Assembly (NCBI GenBank): GCA_951406725.2
Contig: OX597826.1
Coordinates: 33,232,001 to 33,296,000, forward strand
Length of the DNA: 64,000 bases
Origin: Octopus vulgaris
Lineage: Eukaryota
Direction of reading: 5' to 3'
Positions 1-12,145 of this stretch are shown piece after piece. The notes beneath the pieces were generated by a model. It worked only from the letters and a program-made list of their open reading frames with translations, was not told the origin of the DNA and made no database searches. The first letter of the stretch is position 1, and the number at the start of each line of letters is the position of its first letter. The position numbers and the translations under genes are program-made.

Positions 1-74
1 CACCACCTCAACCATCACCTCCACCTATAACAGAAAATTATGTCACCTAGGTAAGAGAATATCTGTATGTATAT

Positions 75-183
75 GTGATTGACAACAGGAAGGGCATCTG
101 GCCATAGAAAATTCCCTGGAGCAAATTCCTTCCAACCCATGCTAGCATGGAAAAACAGATTGTAAAACGATGAGGATAATGAT
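75..183 (+). mobile_element. Decayed 3' tail of RTE-type LINE or of an RTE-tailed SINE
   Basis: AGGAAGGGCATC...CCAACCCATGCTAGCATGGAAAA...AAACGATGA matches the 3' terminus of the LINE at 42598-45175. Confidence 0.7.
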
Positions 184-1144
184 TGTGTAGGTGGCCAGTA
201 TATAGAGTAATATTACAAACTTATTTTACCTTTCTGCTACTGCTCCTGCAACTGATTGTGGTACCATAACCAATTAAATATACATTTGCTTGAAATATAC
301 TGGAAGTAATTCAACAGACTTTACAACATTTCCTCCCCGAAATGTTGCTTTCGTCTAGTCTAGGCAGTAGAAATTATTAGAGATTTACACTGCATTCATT
401 TAATTTATGTATTATTTTTATAATTTTTTTCCCCTTTCTCTGTCCTGTTGTTTTTCTACAGCTGTGTTTACATTCAGTCTGTAAGGGAGACTTTAGTTTA
501 GTCGGAATTGAAATTAGAAAAAAACAAACTCAAGACTCTACCCATAATATAATTTGTTATCTTTTCTTTCTGTCTAAACATTCATTCAGCCCCGTTTTAA
601 TTAAGAGTTACCTTCAATACAGGACACATCCCCATTCACTTATGAAACATAACACAACAAGTGCTTGTGGAATTTATTTACACTCCTACAGAAACTAGTT
701 GGACTATTTAACTTCACTGTGTTTTTGTCGTGTTTACTTTAGTTTATATTCTTGTTATCATATTTGATTCTCTCCCATTGTTGTTGTGGCTGTTGTTGCA
801 TATTCGGCAGTCAGCACTGACTAACAAATCTACAATGCAGACATACAGAACAGGCCCTCGAGATGCTAGGGGGAAGAAATTCAGGGGCCTTCCAAGTATA
901 TTTCATTTTAAATTATTTCACTGGGAGTAAAATCTATTGATAAAATGTTTCTTACAATTTGTTACGATGTTTGCTTAGCCACCGTATGGTTTGGGTTCAG
1001 TCTCACTGTAAGGTACCATGTCCAAGCATCTTCTACTGTAGCACTGGTCCAACCAATTTTTTCTGAGTGAAGAAAACAGTGTGAAAGCCTTTTTATATAT
1101 ATGTGTATGTGTGTGCATACATATATTTATATATATTGTACATA

Positions 1145-1296
1145 GGTGCAGGAGTAGCTGTGTGTAGGAAGCTTGCTTCTGAACTACATGGTTCTGGGTT
1201 CAGTCCCACCGCATGGCAAGTGTCTTCTACTATAGCCTCAGGCTGACCAAAGCCTTGTGAGTGGATTTAGTAGATGGAAATTGAAAGAAGCCTGTC
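1145..1296 (+). mobile_element. tRNA-derived SINE family A, 5' half
   Basis: B-box-like GGTTCAGTCCC followed by GGCAAGTGTCTTCTACTATAGCC...GTGAGTGGATTT...GAAAGAAGCC, repeated more than 10 times in the window. Confidence 0.85.
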
Positions 1297-1385
1297 ATAT
1301 GCATATATTAGTGGTAAGAGCAAAGGGGTTGACTTCTAGCATAAGGTATGTCCACTTAGTGGTCATCCCTCTTATATGTATGTAT

Positions 1386-1550
1386 TAATGCACCTGCAAC
1401 TTATGGTTCAGCAGTGAACCCACTATTCAGTTCATAAAACCAGAAACCAAATGCACTTCAGGTTTTTTGTATCAATTTACTTTATATACATATATATACA
1501 TATAAATATAATATATATATATATATATATATATCATCAAACGATGATGA

Positions 1551-1594
<44 letters not shown>

Positions 1595-1708
1595 GTATAT
1601 ATATGTATATAAAGTAAATTGATACAAAAAACCTGAAGTGCATTTGGTTTCTGGTTTTATGAACTGAATAGTGGGTTCACTGCTGAACCATAAGTTGCAG
1701 GTGCATTA
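1386..1708. repeat. Perfect inverted repeat with 125-bp arms (1386-1510 and 1584-1708) around a (TA)n spacer
   Basis: Arms are exact reverse complements by direct comparison (TAATGCACCTGCAAC... / ...GTTGCAGGTGCATTA). Confidence 0.95.
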
Positions 1709-2334
1709 GCAGCAGCAGCAGCAAGGTAAATAAGTTTGTAGCCTTATTTTACATACACTCCACCTTCACAATGATCATCATCATCGTTCTACAATCTGCT
1801 TTTCTGTGCTTGCATGGGTTAGAAGAATTTGTTGGGGTGAGTTTTCTATGCCCAGATGTCCTTCCTGACACCACTCCTCCCCAGGTTAAGTAATATGCCA
1901 CTGGGGTCATCTTTGATTTTCATACTCTTCAAGGGATACTGGGGTTGGTGTAAATGACTAACCTGTTCCCGCAAAATTGCCGGCCTTGTGCCAAAATTTG
2001 AAACCAGTATGTTCAGGTAGATACAGAAATTGAACTCACACTCTTCTGATCATATAATAGTCACCTTAACCACTGAACCACATAGCTTCAGTCCCTGAAA
2101 ACGACAACAAGGTGAAGAACTGGTTGTTGGACACCAGACAAAACCAGTTTACTATCTGAAGAAAGCACAATAACATGATTGTTAATGGTACCTTTTTGTT
2201 TGTGACAGAATTAGGAAATTTAAAAACACAGATGTAAATTGCTAGATGCATGGACACCTACGTTTATAAATTTACTGGAGAAGCAGACACCCAGCTGTGT
2301 AAACATACAAGATGAGAAAATTGTTCTTCTAGAT

Positions 2335-2623
2335 CAGTAGTTTTCAACCATTTTTCATCTATGGACCCCTTTGATTACTATTTCATTCTGGTACCCACCC
2401 ACCCCCATAACCATTCGATGTTTAAAAACCAGTTTTATAGAAATTTCATTCAAAATTCCTATTTGGTTTTTCACACATCAATTTGTGTAGGTTGAACTCT
2501 GTAAAATGTCGGAGAATGAAACCTGTTTCTTGCAATACATACAAATTCCTAAATGGAAAACAAATTTTTTTCAGTGACCCTTAAAATGCTATTGCAGATC
2601 CCCCCTCCACTTCAGAACTACTG
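2335..2623. mobile_element. Non-autonomous hAT (Charlie-like) MITE
   Basis: Termini CAGTAGTTTTCAA and TTCAGAACTACTG are imperfect TIRs; TCTAGA lies on both flanks, the Charlie target preference. Confidence 0.6.
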
Positions 2624-2707
2624 TCTAGACATATTAAACTTAAGATGAGAAAGCCATGACTGGATTTCCTTTTACTATAAGATGACTTTGTCAAGATGTG
2701 TCTGTGC

Positions 2708-2718
2708 ATATATATGTA

Positions 2719-2754
<36 letters not shown>

Positions 2755-3298
2755 TGTATGTATGTATGTATGTATGTATGTATGTATATGTATGTATATA
2801 TATATATATAAATATATATATACATATATATAGATATATACATATATATATATATATTTATATATGCATATATATATATATATATATATATATTTATGCT
2901 TATATATATTATGAGGTATGTGTATGAAATGGATATTGAGAGAAAGAAGCCAAAGAAAAGAAAAGAAGGGAGATAGACTGATAAATAGAAAGAAAAATTC
3001 AATGTGATAGAGAGAACGAGATTGGCACTGAAAGATAATGACAAACTATTTGAAAGTTAGTTGTGTGTTTGTGAGTGTGTGTATGGGTGCGTATATCTGT
3101 ATACTTACAATATTCTCTTGCACATACATGTACCTACCTATGTATATACATACATATCTACATGTGTGTGTGTGTGTGTGTACATGGGCATGTGTGAGTG
3201 TGTGTATGTACATATATTACACACACACATATATGTAATATATATAGGAATATATAAACACATATAATATGCATACACACACACACACACATATATAC

Positions 3299-3351
<53 letters not shown>

Positions 3352-3450
3352 CATACACATATATATATATAAGCACACACAGGCATACAGACAAGCAAAT
3401 ACACAGACACAGACACTCACATAAACATGCATGCACACACATACACACAC
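2708..3450. repeat. Compound (TA)n/(TATG)n/(CA)n microsatellite region
   Basis: Visible directly; source of the spurious Y/I/C/V-rich ORFs. Confidence 0.95.
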
Positions 3451-3690
3451 AATTGTGTAGATAGATTTCTTAACCTGATAGAAAGGCAGGCTGATATCTA
3501 CTCAAGATCATAAATGACTTGTATTAAAAAAAAAACTGCAGTAGTAAAACAATAGAAATGAAAACAAAGAGAGAGAGAGAAATGTTTCATTGTGTTAGAA
3601 TTTCAATGATAGGAATAGAGGAAGGTTGGCAGGAGATGGAAGGAAGAAAAAATACAGGAGTGAAGTTTAGGTTAAGAAATTAAAAATGTC

Positions 3691-3740
<50 letters not shown>

Positions 3741-3870
3741 TACATACATACATTTATAAGTACACATGTGTGTATATAAATATGTTTGTGTACATATGCA
3801 TGTATGCATGTATGTATATATATATATGTGTGTGTGTGTGTGTATGTATATATATATGTATATGTATATA

Positions 3871-4054
3871 GGTGTAGGAGTGGCTGTGTGGTAAGCAACT
3901 TGCTTACCAGCCATGTGGTGCTAGGTTCAGTCCCATTGCATGGCACCTCGGGCAAGTATCTTCTACTATAGCCTTGGACCAACCAAACACTTGTGAGTGG
4001 ATTTGGTAGATGGAAACTGAAAGAAGCCCGTCGTATATATGTATATACATATAT

Positions 4055-4120
<66 letters not shown>

Positions 4121-4500
4121 AAACAAGTCAAAAATAGAAAATGCTAAGATAATTTTATAGTGAATCTTTCAGTACCGGTTTCGGTCATTTTGAGACCTTT
4201 TCAACTGTAACGATTAAATAATTAAATTTAGAAAAATTAGAAGAAAAGTTTTTTTAAAAGAATATTTCTGTAGTAGTGTTCAGATATAAGTAGCATTCTG
4301 CCTTTCTCTGACTCCCTTGTTTGCACTTGTGTGTTCGAGGTCGTTTTGAGTTCTTGGTAGGATAGGTGAAGAATAAGGAGGCTGATGTGGAGAGGGGGTG
4401 GGGAAATCTGGGAATGCCTTAATGGTCGTATTTTGAATGGTCATATATATATATACATATGTATGTGTGTGTGTCTGTGTTTGTCCCCCGCAACATCACA
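3871..4500 (+). mobile_element. SINE family A, split in its internal (TA)n by the insert at 4117-4441
   Basis: Head GGAGTGGCTGTGTGGTAAG...GGTTCAGTCCC to GAAGCCCGTCG (4033); resumes at about 4442 with GTGTCTGTGTTTGTCCCCC. Confidence 0.85.
4167..4210 (-). ncRNA. Minimal type I hammerhead ribozyme motif, U3-A8 core variant
   Basis: Minus strand ttaCAG-TTGAAAA-GGTC-tcaaaat-GACC-GAAA-CCGG-TA-CTGaaa gives stem I, core, stem II, GAAA, palindromic stem III ACCGGT and a GUA cleavage triplet. Confidence 0.7.
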
Positions 4501-4504
4501 CATC

Positions 4505-5955
4505 ACTTGGCAATTTGCTATGTAATAATGGTTTGTGTTGAACTGGGCAAAAATGCTAAACACGTATGAAATGCTCCAGGCTGGTCATTGATTAAATTCT
4601 ATGAGCTGAGTCTCTGTGCCATCCTTGAACCACAAGAGGTTCAAGGATGGTAGAGAGGAAATGAGAGATGATGAGAAGCATGAGAGAGTGATGGATGTCA
4701 GAACAACAGAACTGCTTGTGAAAATTTGCAACTTTTTGGACAAAGACTGTTGTATGTCAATAAAGACAGTAAGTTCGAAGTTGATGTGGCAATTGGATGC
4801 AGAATTATTCATAAAGATCTGAACAAAGTTTTTTTTCCCAGGGTGCTCAGTGACAAACAGAAGGAAGGTTTGTTGGTAACAACTTGGAGATGGTTGAGCT
4901 CATTACCTCCAATCCAAAAGTACTTGAGTCTTTGGTGACCTGTGACAGGAGCTGGATTTACTGTTATGACCCAGAGACCAAGGGACATAGTGCTCACTGG
5001 AAGCAGCCTGGCTTCTTCCAGACCCAAGAAGGCCAAGCAAAGCAAGTATGTTTTTGACTGCAGGAGTATCATCAGCCTCTACTGTGATCTCTCTGGCGTG
5101 ACAGTCAACAAGGAGTGCTTTGTGGAAGTTTTGAGGGAGTTCAGGAAGAGATTTCGTTGCAAAAGCCAGAGCTCTTCCATTTAGGATGGTAGTATGTACA
5201 CCAGTCCACAATTCCATCCTTGACAGAGATGGGCCTCAAAACTGTCATCCCTCACCCTCCCTACAGTCCAGACCTTGCTCCCTGTGATGTCTGGTTGTTC
5301 CTGAAGCTGAAGGGAAAACTCAGGGGCAATCGTTTTGAAGACATTGAGAAGTTGGAGGTTGTGACAAGGGTCCTACTCTTTTACTCTTTTACTCTTTTAC
5401 TTATTTCAGTCATGTGACTGTGGCCATCCTGGAGCACCGCCTTTAGTCAAGCAAATCGACCCCAGGACTTATCCTTTGTAAGCCTAGTACTTATTCTATT
5501 GCTCTCTTTTGCCAAACCGCTAAGTTACGGGGACGTAAACATACCAGCATCGGTTGTCAAGCGATACTGGGGGGACAAACACAGACACACAAACACATAC
5601 ACACATATACACATATATATGCATATATACGACGGGCTTCTTTCAGCTTCCATTTACTAAATCAACTCACAAAGCTTTGGTCAGCCCGAGGCTATAGTAG
5701 AAGACACTTGCCAAGGTGTCATGCAGTGGGACTGAACCCGGAATAGTGTGGTTCATAAGCAAGCTACTTACCACACACTTACCACACAGCCACTCCAGAA
5801 GACTTTGATGGAGCCTTCACAAAGTGGAGGGAGCATTGTAACAAGTGCATTAAAATTACAGGATCCTACTTTAAAGGAGATTAGAGATTCGTATGTGTTT
5901 GAAATTAATAAATGTCTCTTGAAAAAAAGTCTCAAAACTTCTGGAATATAGCATA
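4505..5955 (+). mobile_element. Decayed mariner transposon, interrupted by a SINE at 5374-5796
   Basis: Frameshifted transposase motifs VTCDRSWIYCYDPETK and PHPPYSPDLAPCDVWLF; the C-terminus KWREHCNKCIKITGSYFKGD* follows the SINE. Confidence 0.9.
5374..5796 (-). mobile_element. SINE family A, full length
   Basis: Head, internal CA/TA tract and (GTAAAAGA)n-type tail, all on the minus strand. Confidence 0.9.
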
Positions 5956-6312
5956 TACCTATGTGTCTTTTATTAACATATAATTACGCCTATCAGTGTG
6001 TGTGTGTGTATGTGTATGTGAGAGATGGGGGGAGAGAGAGTGGTAAGAGATAGGAAGGTGGGTCAGTGACAGTAATGAAGAATTGTTCTTGGAGATGATA
6101 AGGAAGTAGGAAGTGAAGGTATTCAAGAAAAAGAAAAAGCAAGACAGCTGAAGTTTATTAAATTACTTAATAACACTTCACTGCATCCTGTGGAATCTTC
6201 TCAACTGCCATCAAGGCTGGCTCATCTCTAAAGGAAATGGTAACTGCCTACTGATAATGGCGGCAGAGATGGTAGTGGTGGTGATGGCTGTGGTGGTGGG
6301 GGTGGGGGGTGA

Positions 6313-6367
6313 AAGAAGGAGAAGAAGAAGAAGAAGAAGAAGAAGGAGAATAATAATAATAATATTA

Positions 6368-6401
<34 letters not shown>

Positions 6402-6475
6402 TAATAATAATAAGAAGAAGAATAAGAAGAAGAAGAAGAAGAAGGAGAATAATAATAATAATAATAATAATGATG

Positions 6476-6508
<33 letters not shown>

Positions 6509-6527
6509 TTAAGAAGAAGAAGAAGAC
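6313..6527. repeat. Alternating (AGA)n/(ATA)n trinucleotide tract
   Basis: Visible directly. Confidence 0.95.
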
Positions 6528-6714
6528 AACTGAATTAATCATCAGACAATTCTATAACTCCTGAAACTATTAAATCTCCCTTTACTTTAGAATTTTTCTC
6601 CCTAAATATGTATATTAATATGTGTATGTGTGCATGTGTGTATGCACACACATACACACACACACACACATACATACACATATATACATAGATATACACA
6701 GTGGTATATCTCTG

Positions 6715-6860
6715 TCATAAGAAGTTTGCTTGCCAACCACATGGTTCCAGGTTCTGTCCCACTGCATGGCGGGTTGGGTAAGGGTTTCTTACTATAGCCC
6801 CAGGCTGACCAAAACCTTGAGAGTGGGCTTCATAGATGAAAATTGAAAGAAGCCCTTGAT
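6715..6860 (+). mobile_element. SINE family A, diverged 5' half
   Basis: CCAACCACATGGTTCCAGGTTC...CTATAGCCCCAGGCTGACCAAA...GAAAGAAGCCC. Confidence 0.75.
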
Positions 6861-6907
6861 GGATTAACGCACACATACACACACACACATGCACGTATAT
6901 ATGTATG

Positions 6908-6961
<54 letters not shown>

Positions 6962-7025
6962 TACATGCATGCACAGACACATGCACAGATACACATATAC
7001 ATACATATAAACACATACATATATG

Positions 7026-7280
7026 TATTCTTTTACTTGTTTGTCATTTGACTGCGGCCATGCTGGAGCATCGGCTTTAGTTGAGCAAATCGATCCCAGG
7101 ACTTATTCTTTGTAAGCCTAGTACTTATTCTATCGGTTTCTTTTGCTGAACAGCTGTTATGGGGATGTAAACACACCAGTATCGGTTGTCAAGCAATGTT
7201 GGAAGGAGGGGCGGACAAACACACACACACAAACATACACACACATGCATATATATACATACATATATATATATGTCAAC

Positions 7281-7313
<33 letters not shown>

Positions 7314-7452
7314 GACGGGATTCTTTCAGTTTCCATCTACAAAATCCACTCACAAGACTTCGGTCAGCCCAAGGCTATAGTAGAAGACACTTGTCCAAGG
7401 TGCCATGCAGTGGGGCTGAACCCAGAACGATGTGGTTAGTAAGCAAGCTAGT
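7026..7452 (-). mobile_element. SINE family A, near full length
   Basis: Colinear with 5374-5796. Confidence 0.9.
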
Positions 7453-7551
7453 TTGGGCCTCACAGAAACAATGACCAAATCTTTTTGGCATTCTGCTGTT
7501 CTTGAGAAGAAGACCCATCAAGCCAAGGATAACTGCATTCATGGCAGATAG

Positions 7552-7785
7552 GTAAACACACCAGCATCAGTTGTCAAGTGATGTTGGGAGGACAAACACA
7601 GACACACATACATATGCATATATACGACAGGCTTCTTTCAGTTTCCATCTACCAAATCCACTCACAAGGCATTGGTCGGCTCGATGCTATAGTAGAAGAC
7701 ACTTGCCCAAGGTGCCACGCAGTGGGACTGAACCCGGAACCATGCGGTTGGTAAGCAAGCTACTTACCACACAGCCACTCCTGTG
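7552..7785 (-). mobile_element. SINE family A, lacking its tail
   Basis: Colinear with the head and middle of family A. Confidence 0.85.
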
Positions 7786-8228
7786 CTTGTAAGGAATTTA
7801 TTTATTGTAAATCATGAAAAAGAATTGGCTGGCGAGTGAAAATGGAGAGAGTTTTTGGAGAGAGAATGGACCTGTTGGTGGATGGTGAAGAACAAGAAAC
7901 AAGGGTATTGTTCTTGGTCAGTATAAGATTGCAAGGTGGTGGTGGGTGAATTTCGTTGGGCAATTGAAGGTCAAAGACCAATAGACAGGTTGTCAATAAT
8001 AATATTGTGATTCGTGTCTGAAATCAGGTATTTGTAGCAGTAGTTGAAGTCAGCTTGCTGTCTTATGAATTGTCAAATAGAAGCATGCACGCAACACATA
8101 AATTGTGCCATGCACACACACACATATCTCTATATTTATATATATATAGAGATATACATACATACATACATACATACATACATACATACATACATACACA
8201 CATACATACATACATACATACATACATA

Positions 8229-8690
8229 CAGGATGTGGGGAATTTATTTTGTCATCTAAATTGCACAGAAATGAAAATAACTGACATCTCATTTTAACAG
8301 ATATATTTACCAAAATTACATAAAAATATCTTGAAATACTAAAGAGTAAATTTATTTAATAAAATCGCTATTGGCTTCAACCACGACCTCCAGACGACTT
8401 CAGAATCTCCTGCAACTCTTCTGGATGTTCTCTTTGAATATGTTGGTGAATGCTGTCATAATCTTTGACTTCAGTTCATCTTTGGTGTCATAAGGAGTGT
8501 TGTTGGTCTGTTGCTCAACTGTGCCCCACACATAATAATTAAAGGGGCTGCAGTCTGGGAAGTTAGGTAGCCAGATGTTAGGGGTGATGTGGTCACAGAA
8601 ATTGTCTGACAGTAATGACTGGGTTCTCCTGCTTGTGTGGCATGGTGCAGAAACCTGTTATTAGACATAGGGTGTTCCAGCAGCCACTCT
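8229..8690 (-). mobile_element. Tc1/mariner-superfamily DD37D (maT-like) transposase 3' remnant
   Basis: Minus strand reads QVSAPCHTSRRTQ...IWLPNFPDCSPFNYYVWG...RLEVVVEANSDFIK*. There are 37 residues between the second and third catalytic positions, both mutated here. Confidence 0.8.
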
Positions 8691-8769
8691 CTTGACCCTT
8701 TTGCTGTCTGCCCCTTTTCCTATCTGCCATTTTAAGGTTTCCTGGTATCTGAGCTAGGTAGTTCTTCTT

Positions 8770-8908
8770 GGCTATGATACTCCCCCACTACTTCTGCTCG
8801 TGATCAGAGATGCACATATCGTCAGCCACTAAGGGACATGCTCAACTGGTTAACGTCAAACAACTGGCAAGCAAATCTGTGGTGTTGAGCAGAATATTTG
8901 CTGTAGCT
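8770..8908 (-). mobile_element. Partial inverted copy of the (TAA)n-flanked element at 46407-46961
   Basis: Near-identical reverse complement of about 46507-46645. Confidence 0.85.
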
Positions 8909-9649
8909 GATTATTATTATCATTATCATTATCATAATTACTGTTATTGTTATTGTTATTGTTATTTTCTTTTATGACCACAAGATTCCACATTAAGACC
9001 AATACATAGAAAAACAACAAACACAAACAAAGAACACTGAAGAATTTACTTTGAATAAAAGAGAGAGATGAACATTAATATTAAAAACACATTAACAAAA
9101 TAAATGACACAAACAATATTGAAGAAACAACAAGAAGAAACAACCCCCAAAATGACCTACACCACATAGTTTAATTTGGGGTACCCCACATAGTGTAATT
9201 TGGGGTACCCCTTATATCACCTCAGACTTCAATGACAGACTAAAGCTAAGTATCTTCTTCCAGTCTGTGCTGCCAACATACAACAACAGAACATAGTTTG
9301 GCTTAAGTGAATTTATCAATGGCGATCTCACCCCTCCCACTCCATGTTTGTAAAATTTACCAGAGGGTACTGCTACCCTCTCTTCATGTAGGAATATTTC
9401 ATACCAGGTATACATAGATGCAGAAAGAGGAAAAGAGAAATGTGCATGGAAGGCTGAGGAAACTAATGACTATAATTATACAAGTGTATTATTATACATT
9501 ATATGTTATATATCGTAACTATACATTATTGTTAGCAGTTAGAAATTATAATTTGTTTTGAGTCCTTTTTATGATAATAAAGATGATGATGATAATGATG
9601 AGGATGATGGGGGGTTGGTGGTAATGATGATGATGATGATATAAGAATA

Positions 9650-9929
9650 ATTATAGCAGTGGAAGCAATAAAAATAGATGTGGAACTTAAAGGAAGCAAA
9701 TCTAAATTCCAGTCGTAGATGATGCATTTGGAATGGTTTGCTACAAATTTCAGTTCCTTGTGAGATAAGTTTGCAACTCTTAAAAATAGCAAAGGAACTG
9801 CAGCAGAAAGCTTCTGTTGCTTGGAACAGCAGGGAATGTAAGAAGAGTCCTTGAGACTTGAGGCTACTGGTTGTAACTTCCTCTCAAAGAAGAAATTATC
9901 CCCGGTTCAACGTTCTCACAAGGTAAAGA

Positions 9930-9931
<2 letters not shown>
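9650..9931 (+). mobile_element. R4/Dong-like RLE non-LTR retrotransposon 3' fragment, decayed
   Basis: Frameshifted MWNLKEA / IPVVDDAFGMV / LQQKAS / LLGTAGNVRRVLET* (stop 9859-9861), short 3' UTR, then (TAA)n. Confidence 0.7.
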
Positions 9932-9979
<48 letters not shown>

Positions 9980-10032
9980 TAATAATAATGATATTAATAA
10001 TAATAATGATAATAATAATAATAATAATAATG

Positions 10033-10069
<37 letters not shown>

Positions 10070-10096
10070 CAATAATAATAATGATAATAATAATAA
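9932..10096. repeat. (TAA)n microsatellite
   Basis: Visible directly. Confidence 0.95.
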
Positions 10097-10253
10097 AAAA
10101 AAAAAAATGAACGAACTACTGAGTTTGGTTTAATGGCCTACCAATGTATACTATGAGTTTCTTTGCCCTAGGAGTCGGGAAGACACTCGGCAAGAAATGG
10201 AAGCAAATTTGAAAGAAGAAAAAAAAAAAAAATAATAATAATAATAATAATAA

Positions 10254-10470
10254 AAATATTCAGACAAATACATAAGAAAAACACCAGGACTTACAAACAC
10301 ATATAACATACAGAAAATTGCACTACTAGGCTCTGCACACATCCTACGCAGAACACTTTCCATACAATAACCATCAGAGCATCACAACAAATCACAGCAC
10401 ATACCTAAGGCGCACAGAGCTGCGCTCGGTAGTGAAGTGAAAGCACGCTATAAAAATAAAACTACTGAGT
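10254..10470 (+). mobile_element. R4/Dong-like RLE retrotransposon 3' end
   Basis: 10254-10370 encodes KYSDKYIRKTPGLTNTYNIQKIALLGSAHILRRTLSIQ*, the typical RLE C-terminus; (TAA)n on both sides. Confidence 0.8.
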
Positions 10471-11042
10471 AGTAATAATAATAATGATAATAATAATAAT
10501 AATTTTTATCCTCTTAATAAGTGTATTATAGTAGCAACAATAATATCTCTCAGCTTGTAGATGTGTGTGCGCGTGTGTGTGTACTAGATTTATGATTTAC
10601 ATATATATATACATATATATACATACCCACATACATGCTCACACACACGCGCACACACAGAAAAGGTTCATACCATGTCTATGTACACATATGTGCGTAT
10701 ATAGACGTGTGTATCAATCTTTTTTGTGCACATGTGTGTGTGCGAGTGTGTATGCGGGTATGTGTATATTTTTTGGTGAATGTGTGGGTGAGCATGTGTG
10801 TGTTTCAAGTGAGGGTGGATGAGTATACACTTATAGGCGCTTGTACGTGGGTGTATGGACGCACATGTGTAGGTATGAACATGACGCTTACAGGAATGCT
10901 ATGAGTATTTTTACTACCTTACCTTTACTCCCTCCCCTCACTTAGCAGTCATTCTAATAGCTCTTTTGACTTAATAACGGTCAATCACACGGTAATTTCC
11001 CTTTGTTTAACGGTCATTTTCAGAGCATTTTTTTGAAGGCCA

Positions 11043-11103
11043 GATAACTGAAGAGATGGTGCCATGGGTTTCTGCTCTGAAATCCGAAACTCAGAGTTTT
11101 ATT
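11043..11103 (+). ncRNA. Candidate degenerate hammerhead motif
   Basis: GATAA-CTGAAGA-gat...atcc-GAAA-CTCAGAG-TT-TTATT: stems I and III and both core segments are present, stem II is imperfect. Confidence 0.4.
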
Positions 11104-11150
11104 ATGGCTATTGATTAATTGTCACATATTATATTTACAGACATAAATAT

Positions 11151-11230
<80 letters not shown>

Positions 11231-11306
11231 AGAAGCTATTATTTCTAAATCTCACAAGGAGATATATTCAGTAAGAGTTCTTTAAAGTAAAGGCTATTCT
11301 CTAATA

Positions 11307-11482
11307 TAATGTGGCTGTCCTGGATGGGGCGATTTTTACTGTGGTTTAGCCCTTTGTGCTGGATGTGGGTTCTGGGCTCCCTGTCCAAAAATATAAGAGA
11401 CATTGTGTCATATAGCCAGCTGGAAACTGTTTCCTGGAGCTAAACACCAGTAACAGTCATCCCATCCAGGACAGCCACATTA
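11307..11482. repeat. Imperfect inverted repeat with 44-bp arms, inside a (TA)n-flanked insert
   Basis: TAATGTGGCTGTCCTGGATGGG...TTTAGC versus GCTAAA...CCCATCCAGGACAGCCACATTA. Confidence 0.8.
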
Positions 11483-11499
11483 CGTTGGCAAATAATCTT

Positions 11500-11591
<92 letters not shown>

Positions 11592-11599
11592 TATATATA

Positions 11600-12066
11600 T
11601 ATTCTTTTATTCTTTTAGTCATTTGACTGCAGCCATGCTGGAGCATCACCTAATCAACCCTCAAGAGTTATTCTTTGTAAACCTAATACTTATTCTGTTT
11701 GTGTCTTTTGCTGAACCATGAAGTTACGGTGATGTCAACACCCCAACATCGATTGTCAAGTGATGGGGAGACAGACATAGACACATGCACACACAAATAT
11801 ATACATACATATATATATGTAATTATATCTATCTATTTTTATATATATATATATATATATACATATATGTATACATACATACATACATACATACATACAT
11901 ACGTATATATATGACAGGCTTCTTTCAGTTTCTGTCTACCAAATCCATTCACAAGGCTTTGGTCGGCCCAAGGCTATAGTAGAAGACACTTGCCCAAGAT
12001 GCTGCGCAGTGGGACTGAACCTTAAACAATGTGGTTGGGAACCAAGTTTCTTACCACACAACCATG
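11600..12066 (-). mobile_element. SINE family A
   Basis: Colinear with 5374-5796, with an expanded internal microsatellite. Confidence 0.85.
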
Positions 12067-12145
<79 letters not shown>

